A stretch of 57,131 bases of DNA, filler included, from Bipalium vagum (lineage: Eukaryota), in assembly GCA_037834085.1 (NCBI GenBank). It is 3 parts of 3 records of this genome, joined end to end, with 100 filler letters (N's around TTAATTAATTAA, not from the genome) between each part and the next. Parts side by side here need not be neighbours in the genome. Positions count along the whole stretch, not along the records: positions 1 to 17,650 come from JBBMKC010057244.1; 2 more parts are not named here. One strand, given 5' to 3'. The position numbers and the translations under genes are program-made. Below, piece by piece: positions 1 to 13,700 of this stretch. The first letter of the stretch is position 1, and each line of letters opens with the position of its first letter. The notes beneath the pieces are model-generated. The model saw only the letters and a program-made list of their open reading frames with translations, did no database searches and was not told where the DNA came from.

Positions 1-72
<72 letters not shown>
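1..72. repeat. (TAT)n/(ATT)n microsatellite
   Basis: Perfect trinucleotide run at the window start. Confidence 0.98.
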
Positions 73-73
<1 letters not shown>

Positions 74-3000
74 TTCCAAATATTCCCATAAATAGAATCA
101 TCTTTGTCCATACTTTTTGGAAATTTATTATTATATTTATTATAAAAATTAATTATTTTTCTCCATAAATTATGTCAATTTAAATAAGCGGACACTCCAA
201 TCATTTGATTGCAAAAGCTTAAAGCCTTCCAATAACATTAATGGTTATTAAACTGTTACCATTGAAAACGCCTGGGGTTCACGGATTATGTAAGGTCTCG
301 GAAATCGTTATTGTCAATTCAATCTGACAAAGACAAAATCTCTTGCAGATATTTACGAAACAATATTACTATTAATTAGAAAAATGTAGCACAACAAATT
401 AGAAACAAAGACTTTGAATGAATATCATATGTGAACTCAGTCGATTTGGTTTACATAAAGATCATTAATTCACTTCTGCACTCACATTAATATCATAATA
501 CTCTTAAGTTAATAATTTGTTTTAATTTTATTACCCAGCTGTTGCTCAAGGCCTCTTTTCTAGACTTTGTTCTCACACCACCTCAAAGAATCGTCAAGGT
601 TTCACAGTATGAGCGTATCCCTATTGTCATATAGATCAAAAAGACAAAAAATAATAAATAAGTCTGAAATAAAATGATGTTCTATCACCAAGATTATTAA
701 AAATTAGAACAAAAATTATCTCTAATGGATTTCTGGTATGTCTGATTTGAGTCTTGATATTTTGTAGAAATTCATATTAAAAATGAATGGTTATGAAAAT
801 GTTACTGTTCAACAAGTTATAAAGGGTATTTCCAAAAGACCGACATTTCCACTTAGAAATAAAGTACATTTACTTTGCAACCTTGAATTATTTTAAACAC
901 CAGACTTAGGATTGCCTTGGTCTTTCCAGTAAGGGTTGATTATATTAATGAAATGGTGAAAACTCCGTGAATTGTCTCTTGAGTTTTTTCTTTTGGTACT
1001 TGTGTCCATATGTTTATTACCAAAGAAAAAGTTCAAGTCATTTTTGTTATAATTGTTAACAATTCATGTAAAATTTAAACTTTAGTCCTTTCTAAATATT
1101 GCTTTTAAAGAATTTTTAATTATTTATATTTATTGAGTCATTAATTATTTATATTCTCCCTCACAAAACATGAATATTCAAACAAATTTAATAAAACCGT
1201 GAGAATTCTATATTATAATACATTTAAATTCCATATATATTTATTTAAAGTTATTTAAATAAACTTATTATACATAAATAATACAATTATTATTATTTTA
1301 AATAAATAATAATAATATTTTTAAAATAAATTTTATAATAAATTGTATTTAAAGTAAACTACTTATAATTAAATTTTAAAGTTATTATTTTAAATATAAT
1401 AATATTATAATAATAGGATCATTAAATTATAATATAAATATGATTTTAAAATTTTAAAATTCCCGTGGCCTAATAGCACTTCTTATACCAATATTTTATT
1501 AGTATGATAGATCATTTGATCTCTTCTTACCTTCAGTCATCAGGTTTTTCTAATTGATCTTGATTTTTTAAAAACAATTTTGAATAAGTTGTTTTTTCCA
1601 AAAAATGGAAGCCCAGTCTTTTATTTTTCTAATATTTAGGACTTATACAAAATGCATTGTCTCTAATGGGTGATAACAAACAGATACGCAAACTTTTAAA
1701 GGGTTACAATTTCTTCATTACATCGAATTTACATTTTTAAGCAGTGAAATAAATGGATCACAATAAGGTTTTAAGTTCAGTTAAGGTTTTGCTGAAATGT
1801 CAAAAGTTATTTCAACAGTCAACCAATACAGATTTTCTCTGTTTTTGTTTTTCTAAAATCTTTTATTTTTTACAAAAATATTTTTTACTTTACACTTGTT
1901 CTCATTAACCCGTACTTGTGATATTTATTCCTTTACACTGTACTTTTACTCTTTAATATAACAGTTAATTATTTTTTATTATTGTGGTTGTGAAAATATA
2001 ACATTTATTAATAGCCACTGTAAAATATTAAAAAATGATAAATAATCGCCGAATTCTCTTTACATTAATGTGAAATTTATTCCTTTCGAACATATTCTCA
2101 GATCCTTATATTCCTATGAGAGATCATATATCATATAATAATAAAATAAGGTGATACAATTTAAGTGTTGAGATTCCCAAAATTAATATAATACAACATA
2201 TCCATCATTAATTAATGATAAGCGAAATAATAACATAATTAATAAATTTATTTTGTAAAAAATGAAACATGCAAAAACAAATTATTAATATCAGTTTTGA
2301 GGCAGATTGAAACGGTCCTAAAATATAGTAAAAATTCACAATCTTATTATTATTATTATCCAGAAAAAGAAATAAAAATAATTTTATTATTTTCTATTTC
2401 ATCCAAGAAATATTACTTGTTGAAAACTATTTGTGGAAAGACGAATATTACAATTCAATTGTCTCCCATGGTGCACGACAAATTTATTTGACCATCAATT
2501 TTTATCAAAATTATTAAACTCAAATCTTTTTAAGATAGTTTAATAAATTGTAGATGGAAACAAACCTAAATATTTATAAAAAATACTTAAGATTGAACTT
2601 AATTATTTTGGGTAATATAAAATATTCAAAAAATAACAATTTTTTCGACCACCTTATTTTATTATACTATTTTTCAATAAAGATGACCTTCAATAATTGT
2701 TTGAACATTACAACTAATTTAAAATCATTAAAAATAACATTAATTTATTTTTATTGATTAAATTTAATATTTTTGAAATGTATTCATCTGATTTCATTAA
2801 AAAGTTCGGGAGTCATTCGAGAAACATAACAGTTACAGAAAAGTGGCCGCATTATGAGAAATGTCCCATTCTTCTGTGATTTAAACAGTAAAAAGCAGTC
2901 CTTCTAAGAATAGTTTTAGACACATTGTTGGGAGGGTCAAAGTTGTATTTTTAAATTTTTTCATCTGAAAAAAAAGAATTGATTTCGAAGAATTTTTTAA

Positions 3001-5395
3001 TATTACTAATTTTTTCTTAAGTTTTATGAATAAAACTGAACATTAAAGATGTAAAAAATGTTGAAAAAACAATTTCATTATTCTTTAAAAAAATAATTAA
3101 TTTTTAAAATTTTCGTTTTTTCATATTAAAATGCAAAGGAATATTCTTGAAAATAGAACAAGTATTAATCCAATTGTTAAAACGTTTATTAGGAAAATAA
3201 AAACGAAAGGCTTTAATTTATTAATTCTGTTTACGATGAGAAAATAATAAACTGAGTACTGTTGCGGGACTCACGTTCTGTGAAGACTTTGGGTAGATGA
3301 GTTACCTATACCTGTCATAAATGGACAGAGAAAGAATTGGAGATAAAACGAGGAGTAAGGGGTTAAAATTATCAATAATATTTATCACACAAAGGACTTA
3401 TTGATAACAATTCAAATGATATATTGCCATTTCCAATATTTGTATAATTTTTTGATAAATTTTATATTATTTTTGACCTCATCTTTCTGCTAGAAAATGG
3501 TTTATAATGATATTCATAGAAGTCATTGTGATGAGAAAGTGACCTCTTATTTAATTAAATGTAGTCCACATAATTCAAAGGATGATAACACTGCAGACTT
3601 AATTATAAATTAATAAAAAATGATAAAATTTTATTAAAGAATTTACTGATCCTTTTACACCATCCAATACTTTTTATAACAGTTAAGGATAAAATAGTTT
3701 TATCGAGGTTTAGAGTCTATGGGAAACTGTATTTATTGAATAAAATTCTGAACTAATCAAAACAGGGTTTCATTAATAAATTTAATATATTAATTTAATT
3801 TTTTCTATTTTAGATTATTATTCCTATTTAAGGATAACTATTGGAATAAGAAACCCTGGGATTTTAATATTGCAAATTTTCATGTCTTCATCAAAATTTG
3901 TTTTAAATATTATCAAAAGAAATTTAATTCTTATACAGTTGATTATTAATAATAGTTTACAATAAAAAAAATTATAATAAAGAATATACAATAATAATTT
4001 ATAGTAAAAAAATTATAATAAAAATTTATAATAAATTACTAAAATATAAAAATAAAATAAATGAAAATAGTCAAATAAAATAAAACACTAAAATAAAATA
4101 ATATACAAGAAATAAAATTATAAATATTATTATTTTTATAAAACAAAGAATAGAAAATATTTTAAAAAGTTTGCAACAGGAATATCGATAAAAGTTAGCA
4201 AGAGAGGCTTTTAATATTTATTTTTAGGCTTTTTAGGACTTTTTAAATGATTTATTTATTATTGATTTTCCATTATAAAAGTAGTTGAATTCTATTGATT
4301 TTGATTTTTTGATTATTGAGCCCAATACATTTCATCGTAGCTGTTTTGATCTATTTCTTCTAGTCAGTTAGTTTTTCTTTACCTTAGACCCTGCCATCGG
4401 TTGAAAGAGCTTCTATAACAATGATGTCGAGTCAGATTGTTTAAAACATCATTTTTGTGGTCCTCTTTATACTATAGTCATGACACAATATTACTGTGAC
4501 TGATTCACATTTATCTCTGTTTCTGTCTATAACCAAATACTAAATCAAAATACAGGACTCCGCAATATGCATTAATCAAATAGGAGAACAACCAAGAAGA
4601 ATCTCTCGAGTTTTTTTGGTTTCAGCAATCCATTCTCACACCGAGTTTGATGCATTAACTAAGAACCGTTCTTAAACTCTCAATCAGAACCAGAAGATCA
4701 AAAACAATTTCTCATAATTTTTGAGCTCAAGCTCTTTCTTTTCCCTTACAGTCAGTTAAGTCATAGTCATAAATAATCCATAAATCCCGCACTTGAACAT
4801 TCGTTCTTGCTCAGTTTCATACAATGGGATGATGAAAAAATAATGGAAACGTTCATCAACACTTCAGGTGGAATGACCACTTGGATTATAAAACCTCACT
4901 CATTTCTCATCTCCCACATTCCGTATGGGGACTCTCTTACCTATGAATGATTATGTCATATACCAGATCCTAGTCCATAGAGACATAAACGAGAACATAC
5001 TTGCTTGAAACATAACCCTGGACCAAAAGCAAACTAAAACAAATCTATGTCATTGTGAACTGAATTTGTTTCCAATCTGGTTTTGAGTTATAGAGAGATT
5101 GGAAATTTCCTACCCTCTAAACCTTTATAATTTTTTAGGTGCTTTATATGCTGGAATAAAATATTACCTACAATAATATTCAATTCTTTGCAAATTTTTA
5201 AAAATAGTAAAAATGAAAACATTTTTATCATTTAATGGATATTAATTTTTTATTTTACCGAGTTTTAAATTCTAGGCACTTCACTATTACTTTTTTTATT
5301 CTAGGATAAATTTAAAAATCATCTTTTTTTTTAAAAAATATACAAAAATTTCCTTTTTATTTAAAATTCAAAATTATAAATTAAAGTTTATTAAT

Positions 5396-5566
5396 NNNNN
5401 NNNNNNNNNNNNNNNNNNNNNNNNNNNNNNNNNNNNNNNNNNNNNNNNNNNNNNNNNNNNNNNNNNNNNNNNNNNNNNNNNNNNNNNNNNNNNNNNNNNN
5501 NNNNNNNNNNNNNNNNNNNNNNNNNNNNNNNNNNNNNNNNNNNNNNNNNNNNNNNNNNNNNNNNNN
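5396..5566. other. Assembly gap (171 N)
   Basis: Run of N. Confidence 0.99.
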
Positions 5567-7099
5567 AATTAAAATTATTCTAATAGACAAAAGATTGAAC
5601 AATGTTCTTTATTTCTTCCGATATGAAAATTTCGTGTGACAAATAAAATACATTGATTTTCTTGAGATCACATATTTAATTATGTTTATAATATTGAGTA
5701 ATGAAGGCATAACTGAAAATCTGTGATTTCCTGTTATCCTGAAGGCCGATCTGGTGGGTTGCAGTTATTAAAGAGGATTTCTTAATTCGTAGAATCATGT
5801 TCAAAATATTCCGTCTGAAATAAAAGGAAACAAGCTAAATGTTGTAATTTCATGGAACATAAGCCCAAATGACTAAGCAGAAAGTGTCGTTTATCAGAAA
5901 ATGAAATGTCATGACATTAAGGAAATCACTGCAATGAACTATATAACAGAATTCATGTTGGGAAATCTGTTCCAAACCAGTTGTCTTAACCGAGCGTATC
6001 CGACATCCTCAACCCGTTCTCGACGTATCGTATCTTGTTTAGTTTATCAATATTTTGCTTTAGGATCACTCTATGAATTTAATCTTCCGTTATTATCTTC
6101 CGAAAATTTCTTCGAACTCATTTCCTGAAATGTTCTAATAGAGAAGACCTAAGTTTCTTTCATTTCTTTTGACTTTCACAACAGAAAAAATCTCCACAAT
6201 CTCCATTAAAGATGAATAGAAACTGAAGAAAGTCTTTCTTGATCAGACTACAGGACCAAATCTTCCATATTTTTAAACTGTCAGTCAGACTTGAAGTATT
6301 TTTTAACTTTAAGCTAAAAATAGTTTCTTGAAGTATTATTTTAAAAACAAGAACAAGTAGATAGTTAAGTGTCTTTAAACCAAGTTGACAGTCATGGATG
6401 CTAGAAATCTTTGGAAATAATTACACTCGTAACAATCACAAGTACAGTTATACACAATTATACTTTTCGGAAGGCCTATCATAATCTACAATTTGAGTGA
6501 ACTGAAAACATTCTAGATTACCTGATTCTCCAAATATCAATAAAATGCGGGAAGTAGATATTCTAGACAAGCATAACTGAAACCTTTAATTTTCTAAATT
6601 TATTAATCATTTATACTCAGCCGGAGTAGGTTACACATCATATTATCAAGTTATAATTATACTTAAATTATTAAATTCCAACGACAACAAATGAAAGGGA
6701 CAAGAACCTTTCAAAAATTATCATTATAAAGCAAAAAGGAAAAGTGACTGGTGTTACAAAAATAAAACAATGGAAGTGATATCTTGTAATGAGTAATCTC
6801 GTTATGTGTGTGTATTATTTGGTTATCAATATTTAAAGATTTCAAGACGCTACGTGATTTTTTCGTTCTTTTTCATTTTTCTAATGACAAGACTAATTTT
6901 TTATTGTTATAAAAATTCAATGGAATCATGATCAAATATTAATTTTTACTTTAAATTGGATATACATGTCACTGAACAATTCAAGTTGGTTAAAATCGTT
7001 TATTGTACAGGTAACTTGGGTAAAAAAAAGTATTTAAAGTGGTATTTTAGATTTCGGGATCAAGGAAAGAGTATTCAAGACAACGATGTGACCAAACGA

Positions 7100-7650
7100 A
7101 GTGAGAAAAGTATGTAGAAGGTGAAATTCTTAGATATCGATAATTATCTATCGTGTTTATTGGAGAAATCAATAAAGTCTCTGTGTTAGCAGAAAAGTGT
7201 GCACGTTTTGTGTCTCATTTGATGGTAGATGATCAAGATGAAGTGGTTTTGACATGAAATTAATAGTGATTGAGATAAAAAAATCATTGGAAGTATTGTA
7301 ATTACTGACGAAACGGGCTGCTTTCAACATGATTTAATGACTAAAACTAAAGCAAGTATTCTTTCAAAGGATCTGAATCAACAGGAATTATTTTCTTTCT
7401 ATTGAACAGGTATCACTCATAAAGAAATTGTTCCAGTGAGTCCGTGTGATAGCTAGCAGAGAATATTATATTGTTTGTTCATGATGATAACCGTTAGTAA
7501 GGATCACACTCATTTTTACTTAATACACTTACATATGTACAAATGAAAGGTACTGCGTGAATAGAAAAATGATAGCGGTACTTGACCATCTTCCCTACTC
7601 ACTGTGAATTGAGACTATTCCAAAGAGTTAAAATGAGAACTAATATGCAG
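7100..7650 (+). mobile_element. Highly degenerate mariner transposase remnant
   Basis: Broken frames give KCARFVSHLM (cf. ARWVPHLL), SIVITDETGCFQHD (cf. IVTGDETW), GITHKEIVP and VLDHLPYS (cf. LPHPPYSPDL) in the expected order. Boundaries approximate. Confidence 0.6.
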
Positions 7651-8649
7651 AGTGGAAGTTTATTTTCGTTACCGATTTATTGTTATTTTTCCAATAAAAA
7701 TGATAAACTTATTTTCTCTTTTATGAAATAACAATCAATAAAGTGAACATTTCCTTTGAAATTTTGTCCCAGTTCAAAATAATTTTTGATATTTTCAAAA
7801 AAAATAAAAACTATTTCGAATACTTAACGAACAAAGAAAAATATAAATAAATAAATAAAGTTGATAGCAATTATTTTTTCCAATACGAAATGAATTAACA
7901 AAAGTTCCTCGGGATTTATAAATAATTTTTTTTGCAATGTCGTCTTTCCCCGGTACAGTCAACCAAAGATTTCGACTGCTTCTTATGAATTATCCAATGA
8001 ACACGGAAGACCTTAAATAAATCTTAATGAATTTAGCAAGAGAAACTTTTTTGCTTCTCCTTTTCTGCTACACAATCCTCGTTTGTTGCTAGATTGAAAA
8101 TGAATATCGAAAAATTCTGATTTATATTACTCATTTTCTTTGACAAAATAGATCCAATTTATGAGTTTTTCTTGCAATTCTCTGTTTCGTTATTATTATT
8201 ATTATTATTATTTATTTTCATTCAAGACGTGGCCTGTTTCGGTTGTAAATTAAAATTCTGTTGGTTATTGATTGTCCTACCAATCTGTTGAACAGTTCCT
8301 GTATAACGAAACAAGGTTTCTTTCAACATTCACTCTTTCAGTCTACTGACAATTCCAACTTGAAAGTAATCTATTGTTTAAAGATTCCAGCAGAAATTAT
8401 TCAAGTGATGAATGGAATATAATGGGGATAAAAAAACGGTTTCTTTTGAATAAATATTGTTCTTCAACATTTTTTTATTAATTCAAATGAACAAATAAAC
8501 AATTTTAAAAATATAATATAAAAAAAATTGTTGGTTAAAAAAAAGAAGATATTTACATGTAATTTATGAAAATAATTTTCTATTATTGATATGACAATTA
8601 AAACAAAAAATTATAATTTTTTAAAAATCGTTTCCATTCAACATTAGGA

Positions 8650-10250
8650 AGGATAAAGACTGTTACTAAAATTAGAACTGTTTTCAGTACGGTCGTGAAA
8701 GAAGTGGTACGGATAACATTCAGAAATTGAGACATAAAGAAAAGCTTCCAATATGCAAATACTAACCCATATGCATCACCATCATCAATGTCGTTGACTG
8801 GCGCTCCGAAATTGCATGTCAATCTTTTTAACCCAACCCAAAGCAATCGAAGCTGAGCCAGTCTGATTGAAAACAATCCAAGCCAGCACAGAACATGAAT
8901 AATCGCGCTCGGCAAATGATGATGCTGTACGCTTTCATTCTTATCGATGACATCGATAAAGCCCATCATCGGAAGATAACAGAAAATCTGCCATTTGAAG
9001 AAAAAATCGAGGCCAACAACGTTCTTCTGGTTTTCCACAAACCAAGTTGGAAAGCGACACACACAAGCACTTAGCACAAAGTTCTTTTCACAATAAATAT
9101 AAATAAAATTATAGTGCAACGTTTAAGTCACTATTGATATATAAATATTGTTTCTATATTAAAGCCCCAAACGAACCATGAGATGGTAAACAACATAACG
9201 AGAGACCGTTTCGTGTTTTGGTTTATTACAAATATTATAAATTTATTTATTTATTTATACAAATATCGGTCTTGAAAGAGAATTCAATCAATGAAAATAG
9301 AAGTGAAAATTGTTATCGTTTCAAAAAAACCCGTTCCCGATATATATCAAAAATCTAATTCACATAATTCTGTCTTTACAAAATATTCTACATCTGACTG
9401 GTTCTACGCTGCTTGAGGCCTAAGATTTTCGTTCAGCGCTAGTGTTGGTATAATTCAGAACCGGGCTTGTTTGCTGCTTCTGTTGGGCTTTAACAAGACA
9501 GAATGAATGGGGCTGACAGAATGTAGCGCTTTTGGTGTCAGCGAGGTTTTGTTTTGTATGCATTCTGACGAAGCAGCAGAAGACGATTGCTGCTCGACCG
9601 AGTGCCGACCTATGGAAGAGAGTGACATAATAATAATAATAATAACAACGACGACGACGACGACTAATAAAGACCCATGGGTGTGTCAAGACTGTCTGTG
9701 TGTGTGCACGTCTGCTTCGTCTCGGGCTAGGTTTTTGTTGTATGCTGACAATATTCACATTGACGACGATTAGAACGGCTGACGACGGACGACTGAATGT
9801 AACTGGCTGCAAGATATACAGAAATGTGTCTCACTATCTCTCTTTCTCTCTCTCTATATATACCCCAATATCTATACATATATCGATATATAAAAATAAA
9901 TAAATAAATAAAATCATAAATATATTCCATATAAATTATATTTTTTATTTATTCACATATTTTTATAATATCAATTGATTTATGTATATATATCTCTCTG
10001 ATAATCATTATATATATACATTATAAGGATATATATCCACTTATACTTATATGTATATATCGATCAATTCTTTCTCTACCCGCTTGATGAATAACGAAAC
10101 CATAGAGCTGCGTATTCTTCCTCTATCTAAAAATGGAGATATATGGAATTATTCTTCTCCGCTTCGGATTTCTCTGACTAAAATGCACAACACAGCTCTT
10201 TCTCAATATAATTTCCCAGAACTATTTCATGAAAGTATTTGCTGCTATTC
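8650..10250 (-). pseudogene. Frameshifted copies of the zinc-finger module (pseudogenised paralog, or error-rich downstream exons of the adjacent gene)
   Basis: GC-richer blocks. With small indels they read IDK-MKAYS (~8926-8950), FCC..NLADTK-R(Y/H)ILSA (~9510-9590) and SNRRQCEYCQHTTK (~9730-9775), matching the KMxxYS / CxxC / LADxxxHxxxxH signature of the neighbouring gene. Confidence 0.5.
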
Positions 10251-10752
10251 TATTGAAACAACATTTTTATTTTGAAAAAAATTTAGCAACAGTGACATTC
10301 TGCCGACAGTTTTTCTTCAATGGAATAATCCAGTGAAATAAATCTTAGTAATAAAAATCAATAACAGAATTTAAAAACATTTTTTTTCATTCAACTTTCA
10401 TTCAGATAAATACAATGTTAGTTTTTTCTTTCAAAGCACAATCTCAACCACACATCGGTAATATTATTAAATAATTAATAATAATATTTTTTTTAAAAAA
10501 ATAAATAATAATAATAATTAAAAACAAGAATTCTGTTGCTTAATTGAAATCGATTTTTATTCTTCAACGATATTCCAAAGATTTTCCCTTTCATCTTACA
10601 CAGTTCCAAATTCACAACAACAATCGCCATGAAAAGCAGATAAAAATTCCCCACCATGACACGATGGGTTTCTCTTGTAATAATAAAAAAATATAATAAA
10701 TAATAATGTATAAATATATACACAAAATGCAAAAAATTGTTCAACTTTATTA

Positions 10753-13700
10753 TCAGATTAAATACATATCAAAATCGTTCAGTTCTTGATTCGATTGCAG
10801 AAAACTGTTGTGCTTGGGATGATTTTGTGAACTTTTGCCCATTTCCTTGTTCAAGCTGTTGGTAAAGCCAGGCTGAATGGCCGACGATGAAGACGACAAC
10901 GACGAAAACAAAGACAAATCTTTGACTATTATTCTCGACATGGCAATTTTATACGGACCGTAATGGGCCAAAGTAAATGTTACGTTGGCATGGTCTTTTT
11001 CGTGATGTGTCAACACGCTGGCGCGAGAATTGAATAACTGTTCGCAAATGCTACATGTGTGGGCCGGAATTCCCAGGTGTTCGCGTACAATGTGGCCTTT
11101 GGTGTTGCCCACAAATCGCGATTCATATTCGCATATTGAACATTTGTATGCGACTTCAGATTGTTTTTGACGAATTTCCACAAAGAATTCGTCAGGTACG
11201 ATAATTTCGCTCTCCCGACTTGCCATGAAATTATCATCGATCGTGTCATCGTTAATGATGACATTTTCTGGCTTTATATTTGTTGTTGTCGTCGTCGTCG
11301 TTGTTGTCGAGGTTGCTGCGGCTGCGGCTGCTGCTGCCGCTGCTGTTGTTGTCGTTGTTGCTGATGACGATGTTGTTGAATGATTATTTTTCAAAGAATC
11401 CATGGAAAGCTGTTGCAAGGCCGACTGGTTGAGGGAAAAAATCGACTGTTCCACCATTGAATAATAGTTTGACGATCTACTGTTCCTCTGTTTGCCTTCC
11501 CAATTTTTCTTTGAGAACGTCTTTATTCTGTCTTCCACAGAAAGCTCGGCCAACGGTTTGATGACACTGCCTTTCCATTTCATTTTGGCCAACTGCAGCA
11601 GCAAATGGTCCGGAAGCAAAGACGTGTCTTCTCGACTCAATCGCGAACAGTGCATGGCAGCTGCCTTGAACCGTTCGGGAATGCGAGCATGCACACCGAG
11701 AATGTGCTTCTTCACATCTCCCATTCCGTGAGGTGAAGAAGACGGACAGCCGGAACAGCAAAATATTCGACGTCCTTCTCTGCGAACGATGAATATTTTG
11801 TATTTCGAGTAGATGTTCATTTTCTCCTGAAGCACGGGGAAAAACGTAGGCTCACAATAACCATCGGTCAAACATTTTAAGGCTTCCAACGAATAGGGCA
11901 AATGGATGATCCGCTCGATTTTGCTGCTTTCATTGGTCAATCGCGATACAGCACTTTCATCGACGATGGCGGAATATTGGCGTTGTTCAGCTTTCAAATC
12001 GCTGACGAAATTGAAAGAAGGAACGGACGCATCGTCCTTGACGGAAGGTGGGAATTCTTCTTCAGCAAAATTTGTTGTGAGAAACGAATTCGTTTTCGAC
12101 ATGCAATTATCCAGCCCGGAATTTTCGCAAACTGAGGCCATCGGTGACGAAAGATTGTGATCATTGATACCGGAGTTTTCTTCGTCTAGGTCCACGGAAC
12201 TAGTACCGGTCTGGTCGGCTTGAAGATCTTGTGATTTTGAACTGGAATCAGCGACGACATTCGAACGAGATTGGGAATCTTGTAGTTTGCCTTGGCGTTC
12301 TGAGGCCAATTGGAGTAACATATCGTCGGAATAAATTTGAAAATCGTTTTCACGGCAAATGCGCGATGCTTGGCAGCACACAGTGATTAAGGACTGTGGA
12401 ATCTTGGCATGAACGCCCATGACATGGCGACGAGCATCGGCTAAAGTCGCTGCTCGCATTTTTAGGTCTGGAATTCGAGCCGTATGGAAAACCCGACCAC
12501 ACGGGCATTGAAAGGCGACAGTTCGATCGTTTTTGCACAATCGTTTCAAACTGTAACCAGAATAGACCTTCATCTTTTGGATCAAAGACGGAATCTGATC
12601 TTCGGGAATCATTTGCTGAAGCAGAGTTTGCAGGACGTTTTTCGAGAAAGGCAGGGACAATGTGAAATTGGTGTCGGCATTAAGATAGAGAGCGTTGACG
12701 CCTTTTCTGCCGCCCAAAGAATGACAATTGGTGTTGGTGTTGGTGTTAGTGTTCGTGGTGGTGGTCGTGGTCGTGGTAGTAGTGGACATGGTCGTCATAG
12801 TGGTGGTGTTGATGTTGGTCGTGGCTACAGTCGGCTGAACGGTTTCCGGTTTGATAGGAGGTTTTGTTGCTGCTGTTACTGCAGCTGGCGTTGCTGTCGT
12901 CGGCGTTGTCGTTATCGAAGGATCTTTGACATTTTGAACAGCACAAGCGACCTTTTTCTTTTTCGCTAACGCATGTCTTTGTGACCTTCGATTGTGTGAA
13001 GATAAACCGAAACTTTTGTGTTTCGTTCTTCGACTGAGATCTTCGGCAAGATTCAATATTTTGTCATCAGACAACAATGTAAATTCATTGGGATCTAGAC
13101 GTGATGCCTGGAGACAGAAACGGAAATGTTTGGTGGAAATTCCGCAATGGGAACCCATAATGTGTTTACGGACGTCGGCCAGAGCGTACGGTGACGAGTA
13201 TGTGCACTGGTTGCAAAGAAAACGACGGCTGTTGTCGAAATTTTGGATGATTATCGACATGGTGGAATAGGCTCGCATCTTTTCCGACAAATACTGCTGA
13301 GTTGATTGGGGCAAGAATTTTGTCAATTGTCGCAAAGCAACGATGGAATAAGGAAGAGGCACTTTGATTTTGTCTTTGTCGATTGATTTCGGACGCAAAT
13401 TTCTCATCACAATTTGTTCCTGCAGTTCCTGGAACTTGTCGTTACTTTTTGGCAGTCGGGTGTACTTGAGACATTCCTTGATAAATTCCTTTTCGATATC
13501 CAAATGTACAGAGAGAAAGTGTCGCTTGAAATCGCCGAATCCGTACGAGAACACTTTGTGACATTCTGGACATTCTGGAATGCGACCGTAATTTTCTTTG
13601 CCCACAATATTGATTTGATTTTGGTTGAACTGTCGCATTTTCAAAATGATCGACTCTTTCTGTTGGTAGGGAATATTTGGATTGTTGGTCCGGAATCCGT

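Noticed and set aside
1500-1550. Third hammerhead-like motif (minus strand CTGATGACTGAAGG..AGAGATCAAA)
   Set aside because: No intact GAAA box or stem II; too degenerate.
4300-6200. GC-elevated tracts resembling decayed element coding sequence
   Set aside because: No diagnostic motif could be read in the frames I examined; left unassigned.
8598-9119. 173-aa ORF as a multi-pass membrane protein
   Set aside because: No recognisable family, and the DNA contains an out-of-frame zinc-finger module signature.
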